NCBI GenBank assembly: GCA_004431415.1 | Contig: QPMI01000143.1 | Coordinates: 1-64,000 of the forward strand | DNA from: Cyanophora paradoxa CCMP329 | Lineage: Eukaryota > Plantae > Glaucophyta | DNA: 64,000 nucleotides | Direction of reading: 5' to 3' | The notes under the pieces: model-generated | Databases searched by the model: none | What the model saw: only the letters and a program-made list of their open reading frames with translations | What the model was told of the DNA's origin: nothing | Shown: piece by piece, positions 1-12,000 of the stretch | Layout: every line of letters begins with the position of its first letter | How positions within the stretch are numbered: the first letter of the stretch is position 1 | Made by a program: the position numbers and the translations under genes

Positions 1-3000
1 TGTGCGCGCTGGCGCTTTCCCGGCCGGTCGCCCCCTCGTTCGCGGCTGACGCATGTACATGTGCGCGGGGCGGCAGGCGGGCACAACTTCTGTGAGGATC
101 CGGACCCACGAGCACGCTGCGCCGCCGGAGCTGACGCCGCGCAGGCAAGGAGTGCCTCGAGCAATGGCTGGAAGACGAATCGACGTGCCCCATCTGCCGG
201 AGCGACGCCCCGCCCGCCAGCGCCCTCCAGGCGCGCCCCGCCCCGGCTCCGCCGCCGCCAGGCCTCGCCCCGAGGTGTTCGCTGAGCCCGGCTTGACGGG
301 CAGGTGAACGTGATGCTTTCGGAAGTGCTGAGGCGCCTCGGGGCCCTGCGGGAGCCGCCGGCGCCCGCCAGGCCGGCGGAGAAGCAGCCGGCCGTGGAGG
401 CCCCGGCGAGGCGGCCCCGGCCCCCGCCGCGCTTCGACCGCTCCCGCTGCAGCAAGCACGGTGCCGCACGCTCGGCCCCCCCGCTCGCGTTCGCTCCGGC
501 TGACCCGGCGCACCCCGCGGCGGTGCAGTTGACTTCGCGAGCGCGAGGTGCGGGGCGCGGGCGGCCTGCGCGCGCCGGCGCCGGGCGGGGCGCCTCCGAC
601 GCGGGGCGGGCGGGCGGGTCCGGGCGCAGAGAGGACGAGGTGGCGACGTCGCAGGGCCCGTCGGGGGTCTGCGTGGCGGGCGCCGTCTCGGCGGAGGCCG
701 CGGAGGGGGAGGGCGGGGGCGAGGCGGGGCCGGGGACGACGTGGTTCCTGCGGGTGACGGGGAACCCTCGCTTCCTCCTAGGAGCCGTCGAGTCCTCCTT
801 CCGGGGACCCTTCGAGGAGCTGCCGCCGGGGCCCCTGCTCGAGGGCCGCTTCCTCGCCTCGGCGGGCGTCGCGGCCGCCGCCGGGGACGAGGCGGCCGCC
901 GCCCTCCCGCGCTTCCCGTACCACGAGGGCGACGCCCTCCGCGTCCAGCTCGACCCCCGCGCCCGCGCCCTCCGCGTGCGCTCCTGTACCCCCCTCCCCC
1001 TTGACGTGGCGCCCGCCGATGGCGCCGGGGCAGGTGTGGCAGGCGGCGGACGCTTCGGGCGATCCCGTCGAGCTGGCGCTGTCGGCGGCGGCCTCGGGCT
1101 CGGGCTCGTCGGGCCCGGCCTGGCACCTCTGCCTCTACCTCTACGGCGGCGCCCGCGCGCAGCTGCTCCCCGAGGCGCCCCCGCCCCCCGGCGCGGGCCC
1201 GGCGGCGGTGGCGGGGGCCGGCGCCGCGAGCCTCGTGCCGCCCACGGCCGCGAGATCGTCGGGCGCACCGTCGTGCGCGGGCCGGACTGGCGGTACGGGG
1301 ACCAGGACGGCGGCGCCGGCAGGCGGGGGCGCGTCCTCCGTGAGGACTCGGACGACGAGGCGCGCCGGGCTCGAGTCCCCGCCGGGCCGCTTTCTGGCCC
1401 CGCCGCCGCTGACGCCGCGACCCGGGCCGCGGCGCAGGGCTGGGTGGAGGTGCAGTGGGAGGCGGGCGGCCGCGAATCGTACCGCTGGGGCGCCGAGGAC
1501 CGCTACGACCTCGACCCCTTCGTGCGGCCGCGCCCCCCCACCCCCCCTCTCTTCGCACGCCGACGTCGACGGGGCCCGTGCGGGGCGCAGCCCGACGCGT
1601 CGCCTGCGGGGGGTTCGGCGTCGGCGGCCCCCGTCCGCCCCGCGGCGAGCGACATGGTCGGCCGCACCGTCGTCCGCGGGCCGGACTGGCGGTACGGGGA
1701 CCAGGACGGCGGCGCCGGCCGCCGCGGCCGCGTCCTTTGCGTGGAAGACGAGGCGCGCTGGGCTCGAATCCCCGCCGGGCCCGTTTCCGCCGCCCTCACG
1801 CGCCAGTCGCGCGCAGGACTGGCTCGAGGTGCAGTGGGACGCGGGTGACCGGAACTCGTACCGCTGGGGCGCCGAGAACTGCTACGACCTGGATCTCTTC
1901 GTGCGGCTGTACCCTCCGCCTTCCCCACGCTTACCCTCGCCGACGGAGCCCGAGCGCCGCAGGCCGAGGCGCAGCCTGCCGCACAGCCTGCGCGACCGGC
2001 GGCCCGCGAGATCGTCGGTCGGACCGTCGTCCGCGGGCCCGACTGGATCTACGGGGACCAGGACGGCGGCCCCGGCAGGCGGGGTCGCGCCCTTCGCGTG
2101 GAGGACGAGGCGCGCTTGGGCTCGAATCCCCGCCGGGCCCGTTTCCGCCGCCCTCACGGCTCGCGCAGGGGTGGTTGGACGTGCAGTGGGAGGCGGGCGC
2201 GCGCAACTCGTACCGCTGGGGCGCCGGCGGCCGCTACGACCTCGAGCCCGTCGTGCGGCCGCGCCCCCCTCCCGCCCGCCCGCCCCCTGGCCCCGCCGAC
2301 GGAGCCGGCGCCGGGGCCGGCGCGCAGCCGGCGGCGGAGGAGCCGCCGCGCCCCTCGGCCCACGAGCTCGTCGGCCGCACCGTCGTCCGCGGGCCGGACT
2401 GGGAGTGGGCGCGCCCCTCTGCGCTCCTCCGCCCTCGCCCCGCCCCTCCCCCAGCGGGGCGTGACGCCTGCGCAGAGCAACCAGGACGGCGGTGCGGGCA
2501 ACGTCGGCATGGTGCGCCCGCGGCCTCGCCCTCCCCGGGGCGCCCAGTGTGGCTTCCATCAGACATGTGCACGCACTCAAGCTTTTCTTCTTCTTCTCTG
2601 GGCGCAGGTCGCCCGCAGAGACGAGAGCGACGGTTGGGTCGTCGTCCGCTGGAGCACGGGTCAGTCGGTGCGCGCCACCCGTTCCTCCCCCCCTCGCCCG
2701 GCCGCCCTCCTGTGCCGACCGGGCCGGCCCAGCGCTCGTACCGCTGGGGCAACGAAAACAAGTTCGGTGCGGCGGCCCCCGCCCTGCCCCCCGCGACCGG
2801 CGCCGCCGCCCCCTCTGACCTCGGTCCGCGGTCAGACCTCGTACCCCTGCCGGGCCCGGCGGTGCGCTCGTCCCCGCCCCGACCGTCGGCGCTGCCCCCG
2901 AGCCGACGAGCTTCGGCGCAGCCGGCGGCCTTCCCGCCGACGCAGGCGGACGCCGCGCTCTTGTCCGGCCTCCGCTGCATCCGGGGCCCCAGCTGGAAGC

Positions 3001-6000
3001 TGCGCAGCGACCCGCTCCCGACGCTGGACCGGCCCGCGGGACCCCGGGCGGCGCGGCGCACCCCGCTGAACATTGACGGCATGTCCGCCGAGGAGATCGA
3101 GGAGCTCACCCGCCGCCTCTACCGCCAGGTGCCCTCGCTCGCTCCGTGCCCCCTCCCCTTCCCCTGACCGCCCCGGCGCCCCAGATGGGTACGGTGGTGT
3201 CGGGCCACGGGGGGTGGGTCTCGGTCCTGTGGGACGGCTGCCCCGAGCAGCACCTCTACAGGCGCCCGCCCCGCCCCGCCCCGGCCCGCGCGCCTCGCCC
3301 TTTCGGCCCTTATTCACCCGCCCCCCCGCAGGTGGGGCTTCGAGGAATCGTACGACATAAGCGTCGTGGAGATGCCGCCCATCGAGCAGCGCATCAACCG
3401 CGACGGTCCCCCTCCCTCCCCCTCCCCCGCCTCGTCGGCCCTCCCAAGCGGGGCCCTCTCCCGAGCGCAGGGGCCCCGGCGACTCGGTCGCGCAGCGGGC
3501 GCTTCTACTGCGGCCGGCGCGTCCTCCGCTGCCGCTGCTGCGACGGCCACTGCGGCCCCGACGGCGGCTGCAGCTGCCCCGCCTGCCGCGCCCTCGACGC
3601 CGCGCACCCCGTGCGCCCCTCCGCCGCCGCCGCGCCGCGCCGCGCCGCGCCGCCGACCGAGCGAGGGCCGCCGGCAGGTCCCGCAGGGCCTGCGGCGGCG
3701 GGGGCGCCCGCGCTGGCGGCCGAGGCGCTTCCGCTCGCGGCGTGGGACCCGTCGGCGCACGGGTCGCACGTGCACATCCGTGGCGACGGCGACGGCCGCG
3801 GCGGGCAGACGGCCAAGTGCTCCTGCGGCCCCCATGCCGCCCTCTCCCGCGGCGCCCTCGCCCGGGGCACCTACGTCTGGGAGCTCGCCTTCTCCGGCAA
3901 CCGCAGGTTCTACGTCGGCGTGGTGCGGTACCCCCCGACCGCCCGCCGCTTCCTCCTTCCGGCGTCGAATCGCGTACCCCTGCGCGCCCGCAGGTGGACG
4001 CGGGGTTTGCGGCCGGCCGGATGGACGGTGAGACGGCGGAGGAGGCGGAGGACAACTTCATGTGCCCGTCCTCCTTCGGCCCCTCCGGATCCGCCGACCT
4101 CGCGCGATTCCCCGACCCCGGCGGTGCGCCGCCCCGAGAGCTCGCCCGTACCCAGGCGCCTCATCCCCCCCCCCCTCCCTCGACTAGACCGGAAGCTGTA
4201 CGTCGCTGTCGACGCGGACCGGCGCGTCTTCACTGTAGCCGTCGAGGGAGAGGTACCCCCCCGTCCTCCCCCCTCCCCCGCCCCTCCTTTTGATCGCCGA
4301 CGGACGGGCGGGCGGGGCAGGCTGCGCGCCCTACGCGGCGGTTCAAGCCGACGGGGGCGCCGGAGGGGGCCCCGGTCCGCCTCTGCGTCGTGCTCTGGCG
4401 GGAGGGCGCCGCCAGGCTCGCCCGTGGCCCGCAGGCCTGGGAGTGGGGCGCCGCCCGGCACGGCTCGGCCGTCGCCCTGGCCTCCCCGACGCGCGCCGCC
4501 TGCCGCGGCCTCCCGGGGGTCTACGGCGGCGTCGCCCTCGGCTCGTTCGCGGAGCGCGGGGAGGCGCGGGAGTGGCGCGTCGCCCTCTCCGCCCCGGGCT
4601 GCTTCCTCGGGCTCCTCCCCGACCACTTCCCGTTCGAGGCCCTCACGCGGGCCCCGAGCGGGGCGCCCTGGCGGCCCCAGCTCGTCGCCCTGGGGTCGGC
4701 GTACCCCCCCGGGGACGAGGACCCCCGCCTGGAGCCCTTCGACTGCGCCGCCGACGTCGCTCGCGTCGCCCTCGAGCCCTCGTGCGCGCCCCGCGCGCCT
4801 CCCCGCGCGCCACGCTCTGCCTTCCGAACCCGCCGGCCGGCAGGGGCGCCGTGCGGGTCTCGCGCGGCGAGGGCGCGGGCGGGGCGATCGAGCTGGCGCT
4901 GCCGGCCGGCTGCCAACGCTGCACGCTGGTGGCCCTGCTCCCGCCGGCGCCTCCGCGACGCTGCTCGAGCCGCCGGCGCCCGCCCCGGAGGCCGCGCTCC
5001 GCCTGCCCCTGCCGGCCCTGCCCCGGCGCCCGCGGGAGACGGAGCCCGAGCCGGTGCTGATGGTGGCGCGGCCGGCGGAGGGGGGCGCGGAGGCGCCCGG
5101 CCCCGTCTTCGATACCGCCGTCCACGGGCCGACGATCGAGTTCGACTCGCCCCGGGTCGCCCGCTGCTCGTGGGGCCCCGCCGCCGTCCTCCTCGCCGAC
5201 AAGCCGCCCCCCGGCGGTGCGCGGCCCCCATACGCCCTCGAATCGCCGACGAGCCTCCCCGCCGACCAATTTGGCGACCGCAGGCCGGCTGACGTTCCGG
5301 CTGGGTGTGACGGGCAACACGAAATTCCTCCTGGGGACGTGCCCCGCCGCCAGCCCCCTCCTGGACGCGGCGCCCCCGGGGGAGCTCGCCGAGTGTTTCC
5401 TCTGCGTGCGCACGCTTTCCCCCCCCGCCGGCCTCACCAACGCGGGCGAGCGAACGTTACCCCGGTCCCACCCTCCATCCCCTCCCGCAGACCGAGGGAA
5501 CGTCGACCGCCGCGTCCATCGCCGTGCGCCGCCGAAGTCCCGTTCCGCCGCCGCGCCGGCGGCGCCGCGACCCCTGCCGAGTCGGCGTACCCCCGCAGAG
5601 CTTTGCCTACTCCGCAGAGGAGCTGATCGCGGTAACCCTCGACAACGAGCGGCTTGCCATGCGGGTCCGCACCGCGCACGTACCCCCCTCTCCCACCGAG
5701 CCCCTCTTACCCCGTTTTCTAGGTCGCCCCCCCGCGGTGCGCCTCGGGCCCCTCGAGGGTGCGAGACACTTCCCCTTCCTCCGACCGCCGCTCTCTTCCC
5801 CCCCCCCGCGAGCGCGTACCCCCCGCAGGTGCTGGAGGTGCCGTACGCGCCCGCGGAGGGCCCGAGCGGCGTCGTGTTCTGCGTCATCCTCCACGGACAG
5901 TGCGCCGCGCCCGCCCCGCCGCTCCGCTCCGCCCGCTCTCCCGACGGGCCGGCCGGCGGGGCCAGCGCGACGATTGCGGTGCTCCCGGGGCCGCCGGAGG

Positions 6001-9000
6001 GCGAGGAGGAGGGGGCCCCGGGGGCCGGCGGCGTCCCGCCTCCGAAGGAGACCTACGGCTGGGCCCCCGAGCAGCTCGTCGGCTGCACCGTCACCCGCGG
6101 CCGCGGTCCGCCGGCCCGCGCCCCTCCCTCCTTCGCCGCCTCCCTTCGCCGCTGACGGGCCGCGGGGGCAGACTGGAGCTACGGGGACCAGGACGGCAGG
6201 GAGGGCAACGTGGGGACCGTCGAGCGCGTCTACGGGAGAGGTCGCCTCTACGTACGGTGGCCCAACGGGCACGAGAACGCCTACCGGCGCGCTCTCGCCT
6301 CGCCCCGCCCCGCCCCGCGCCGCGCCGCACCGCCCCGGCCCAACCCGCCCGATCCGACCTGATGTCGATCGTGCGCACACGCAGGTGGGGCGGCAGCAGC
6401 GGCGGCAAGTACGACCTCACCGTCGTCGGCCTCGGACCCCACGTGGGCCCTTTCTTCTACGCTTTTCTTTGTTAATATTCCTTCTATTCCTTCTCCGCGT
6501 GAGTGATCCGGGGCAGGCGCCGGTGGCGGAGCGGCCGCCGTGGCAGGAGATGGCCGGTCGCCGCGTCGTGCGGGGGCCCCACTGGGACCGCCCCCGCGAC
6601 AAGGCGCGCCGGCCCTCCCCGCCCCCCGGGCGCCCAGCTGTGCCCCGCCTCTCGTGACGCGCGCGCGCAGGGCGGGGCCTCGGGCGCCGCAGGGACGGTC
6701 ACGGGCGTCGAGGCGGGCCCGGCGGGGGCCGGCGGCTGGCTCACCGTCGCGTGGGGCGACGGCGCGGCGGCCAACGCGGAGGAGGAGGAGGAGGAAAAGG
6801 AGGAGGAGGACGCAGGGCAGGGGCCGGGAGAAGAGGCGGCGCGGTACCGCTGGGGCGTCGACGGGAAGTTCGACCTCGCCCTCGCCTCCCCGGTGGCCCC
6901 CGCGCTCAGCCCCTTGTTGGCTGCGGCTCACGGTCGTCAGCTGCAGGCGGCCGCCGGGGCCGGCGAGAGGGCGTCCCCCGAGCACGTGGAGGCGGCGGCG
7001 ACGGTGGGCCTGCGGTGAGGCGGGGCCCCACTGGCGGGCCGCCTACGGCGACGAGGACGGCGGCAAGGGCTCCGTCGGGCGCGTCGCCGCGTACCTCGGC
7101 GCCAAGTGGGTCGCCGTCGACTGGCGGCCGGCCGGCGCCGGCGGCGCGGGGCGGGGCGGCCGGCAGCGCGGACAAGGGCAAGGCAAGGCGCCGGCGCGGG
7201 CCGAGGCTGCCGCGCTCCGCGCCTACCGCTGGGGCGCCGCCGGCCGCTACGGTGCGTCTCTCCTGGGGCCCTCGAGAGTGCGTGCCGCCGGCGGCCGACG
7301 AGGCGCGCTGCAGACCTCGAGCTGGTGGATGAGCCTCCGGCGGCGGCGGCGCCTACGGGGTCGCGGGCGGCCCTCGCGCTCGACTACAAGACCGTCACGA
7401 TAGAGCAGCTCTTCGGCTCGACGGTCGTCCGCGGGCCCGACTGGCGCGCCGGCCGCCCCGCCCCGCCCCGTCCCAAGCGCCCTCCGCCGCTGCGCCCCGC
7501 CGAGGCGCCCGCCCCGCAGGAAATGGGACAACCAGGACGGCGGCAGGGCGGCAGGGGCAAGGTGACCGGGCCCTCGGGCACGGCTCGCTGGGTCTCGGTG
7601 CGCGCGCGCGCGGCCGATGCGCGGCGGCCGCGCGCGCGCTGATCGGCGCGGCACGGCGCGGCGCGGCAGGTCGAGTGGGACAATGGCGACTCTTCCACTG
7701 CTACCGCTGGGCGCGTTCCTTTCTCGCGCCCAGATCCGCGCCTGACGCGCGCGCCGCGGGGCCGGGATCGGGCAGGGCGAAGACGGGAAGTGGGACCTGC
7801 GGATCGTGGCTCCGGGCCCCGCCCTCCGGGCGCGCTGGAGCGCCGCCTCGGGCGCCGCCGCTCCCCCGACGCCGTGAGCGCCGAGCGGGCCGTCGGCTGC
7901 CGCGTCACGCGCGGCCCCGTGCGCGCCCCGCCGCCCGCCCAGCGCCCCCGCAGCCCGCGCCGACGTCGGCGCTGACCTGAGCCCGGGGCAGCACTGGCGC
8001 TTCTCGTACGAAGAGGCCGACGGCGGGCCCGGTGGCCTCGGTCCGCCCCGCACCGCCCCGCCCCGCCTCTCCGGCCCCAGCCCGGCGAAGAAGGGGCGGC
8101 GGCAGGGGAGGTCCTCTGCGGGAACGCCGCCGGCTGGGTCGCAGTCCGCTGGGCCGCCACCGGACGCACCGCCCTCTACCGGTAACCCCTTCCCTCTTTC
8201 CCCCCCTCGTTCGCCCTCCTCACTCGCCCGCAGCTTTGGGGCGGGCGGGCGCTACGACGTACGCCTCGCCGACGAGGTGAGCGCGGGGTGGGGTGGGGCC
8301 CCCGCCTGGGCGCGGCCGCTCGGCTCCCGCCCTGAGCGCACTCCCGCAGCCGCAGCCGGAGACGGCCAGGCGGCCGGCGGCCGCGGACCCAAGGCTGCCG
8401 CCCTTGACCACCCTCGCCGGCCGGCGCGTCGTCCGCGGCCCCGACTGGTGCCGCCCGCTCGCCCGGCCCGTCCCCTCCGCGCCGCCGAAGGCGTCGGCGG
8501 GGCGCAGGATGTGGGCTCGCAGGACAGGGGCCGACGGGCGCGGGGCCGCGTGGTGGGCCCCACGCCGGGCCACGAGGGCTGGGTCACGGTCCGCTGGCGC
8601 AGCGGCCGCACCGCCTCGTACCGCTACGGCTTCGAGGGCGCCTACGACGGTGCGCGGCCGCCGCTCCAGCCTCCGCGCGCGCGGGCGACCCGGCGGGGCG
8701 CAGTGGAGCCGGCGGACGAGGAGGAGGCCGCCGCGGCCGCCGTCCTCGCCCCGCCGGGCCCCACGCCGCCCGCCTCCCGAACCCGCGGCGGCTCGCGCCG
8801 GGGGCCCTGCTGGGGGCGACGGTGGCGCGGGGCCCGGCGTGGCGCGGGGCGACGCGGACGGCGGGGGCGGCGCCGGCTGCACGGGGAGCGTCGAGGCGGA
8901 GAACGGCAACGGCTGGCTCACCGTCCTCTGGCCCGCACCGGCTCCCGCGGCCTCTACCGGTGCCCGCCGCCGGCCGCCCGCCCCGCCCCGCCCCGGCGCC

Positions 9001-12000
9001 TTCTCTTTCGAACCGGCGGCAGGTGGGGGGTGCAGGGCGCCTACGACCTCGCCCTGGTCTCCCTGGGGCGGCCGCGGCCATCCCCGGCGCCGCGTGCGCG
9101 CGCCCGGCGCCCCGCCGCTCCGCTCGCCCGGCGCTGAGACCGAGGGCGGCGCAGGCGGCGGCGGCGTTCAAGGCCGTGACGCCGGGCCAGCTGCTGGGCC
9201 TGTCCGTCCGCCGCGGCCCGCACTGGAAGTGGGGCGCACAGGCGCGCCCCCGCCCGCCCCGCGGCCCCGCCCCGCCCGGCACCGATCCTCACCGCCGCGC
9301 AGGACGGGGCGAAGGGCGCGGCGGGGGCGGGCGGGGCGACGGGCCGCGTCGTGCGCGTGGCGAAGAAGGAGGGCTGGGTGGTGGTCCGCTGGGCGGGCGG
9401 GGGCCGGCCCTTCGCGTACCGCTGGGGCGGCCGCTCGGGCCGCAAGTTCGACCTCGAGATCGTGGACCCCCGCAGGTGCCCCGCCCCGCCCCGCCCTGCC
9501 CCGCGCCCGCCCGGCCCGCCGGCTCAGGGGCGCGGCAGGGCGGCGGCCCGACCCGACGAAGCACGCGGCGGCGGACGTCGTCGGCCTCCGCGTGCGGCGC
9601 GGCCCCGCCTGGAAGGCGCGCCCGGGCCCGGCCCCGCCCCCCGCAGCCCCGCGCCCCGACCCGACGCGGCGCGGCGCCCGCAGCGGAAGTACGGCGACGA
9701 GGACGGGCGGGGCCCGCGGCTGGAGGGGTACAGGGGGAGGATGGTCTCGCCCCCGGGAGGGCGTCGTCCAGAGCTCCAACCCCAAGGCAGGCCGCCCCGG
9801 GCCCCGCCCCGCCCCGCCCCGCCCGCCCCGCCGCCCGTGCCGAAGCGGGGCAGGGGTACGTGGCGGTGCGCTGGGCGAACGGGAGCGCGCGCGTGTACCG
9901 GTGGGGCTTTTCGGGCGATACGTGCGCCCTGGCCCTCCCCGCCGGCCCCGCGCCGGGCCGGGCCGCGCCGTCGGCGGCGGCGGCGGCGTCTGACCGAAGC
10001 GGCGCAGGACGTGGCCCTGTGCGAGGAGCCCGAGCCCGCGGCGCCGGCCGCCGGTGCGGAGGCGGCCGCGGCTCCGGCGGAGGCGGGTCCGAAGTGCGCG
10101 GGCGGGGCGCACGAGTTCGTGCCTGACAAGTGCATGGTCTGCCGCGCGGTGCGGACTGTCGCCCCTTCCGCGCCCATCCCTCGTCCGCCCGCGACTGACG
10201 TCCGCGCAGTGCGGGGCGTGCACGGGGTACGGGAAGGAGTGCGTGTACCACAGAGACAAGGACCGGACGAAGGACGCCGGGAAGGAGTGCGGGTGCGGCG
10301 TCGGCGACGCCGGCTGCCGCGACTGCGGCGTCTGCCGCAAGTGCGCGGCCGCGGGGCGGCGGGCCCCGGCCGCCGCCTCCAAGCGGCGGTCCCCCGCGCC
10401 CGCGAAGAAGAAGGCTGTAGAGGCGGGCGGCTCCGGCGCGGGGAGCCTCGTGGGGGCACCGTGCTGCCCGGCCCGCACTGGGCGCTGCGGGAGGGCGGGC
10501 CGGCGGGCCCCGACGTGGCGGCCAGGGACGGCAGGGTCGAGGCCGAGGCCTCCGGCCGCCTGCTCGTCCTCTGGGCCGGCCTCCCCGGCCCGCGCGGTGC
10601 GCCGGCTGCCCGCCCTCCGCCGCTCTCCGCCGCGGGCGCACCGACGCCGACGACGGCCTAGCAGTGGTACCGGTACGGGGAGAGGGGCGCCTATGAGGTG
10701 CGCGCCGCGAAGGCGCCCCGGCAGCCCGCCGCGGGCGCCCCGGTCCCAGCCGGCGAGGTGCGCCCCGCCGCCCGCCCCGCCAGAGGCGCGGGGCCGACGC
10801 GCGGGGCGGGGCAGGCGGGGGACGGGGGGTACGAGTCGGAGCTCTCCTCGTGCCCCTCAGAGCCCGGGAGCGACGAGGAGGGGGGAGGGCGCCCCGGCGC
10901 CTCCGACTCGGACGGAGGGAGCGACGCCGGCGGCGGCGGCGGCGAAGAAGAGGAGGCGGAGGCAGAGGAAGAGGCGGCGGAGGGGGGCGGGGACGGGGCC
11001 GCGAGCGGCGAGGAGGAGGAGGATCGCGGGTCGGAGGCGGGCGCGGGGCAAGCCGCCGCTGCCGAGGCGGAGGCGGGGGCGGGGGCAGAGGCGGAGGAGC
11101 CGGCGGGGCGGGGGCCCGGGCAGCCCGATGCCTCGGACGACGACAGCGAGGGCGACGAGGACGGGGCGGCGGGTGCCCCCGTGGTGGAGCCCCGGCCCCG
11201 CTGGGAGCGCGCCAGCGTGCCCCTAGGCGCCTGGGTCACCGGCCTCGCTGTCTCCCAGGCGCGCCCGCGTACCCCCCCTCCACCTGCAGCGCTGACGTAC
11301 CCCCGCAGGAGGGCCCCGTCTTCGCGGCGTGCTCGTTCCAGGGCCTCACCGTCGGCACCCTGGACGCCCGCGCGCTGGCGGTGCGCGGCATCGCCGGCGG
11401 GCCGGTCGGTCGGTCGGGGGCGCCCTCGCCGACCAGCCTGCTCCTCGCAGGGCCAAGCGCCGGCGGGCCCCGACACCGCGGTCCGCAGCTTCGCGATCAG
11501 GCGGGTGCGCGCGCGCGCATCAGCTCGCCACGCCACGCCGTGCCACGGCGCGCCCTGCCTTCGGCGCGGCCTGAGCCCTGCCGCCCGCCCGCCCCGCAGC
11601 CGCACGGGGAGGAGTCCTGCTCCTGCGTCGCCGTCGCCCGCGGCGGCGGCCGCGTCGCCACCGGCGGCCACGACAACGCGGTGCGTGGCCGAGGCCAGAG
11701 CCCGCCCGCCCGCCCGCCCGCTCAGACGGGGCGGGGCGGGCAGGTGCGGCTGTGGAGCGTGGCGGGGGGCGCGAGGAGGCGCGGCTCTCGCGCCAGGACG
11801 ACTGGATCCACGCCGTCGCCATCTCTTCGGCCCGCCCCCCGCCTCGAGCGAGGCGAGGCCCGCGGCTCACGCGGGCGGGGCCGGGGCGCAGAACGGGGCG
11901 CTGGTGGCGTCGGCGTCGGCGGACGGGACCGTCTGCGGCTGGCGCTGCGCCCGGCCCCGGCCCCCGTGCGCCTCCCCTCCCCCCCCCCCCCCCACGCACC

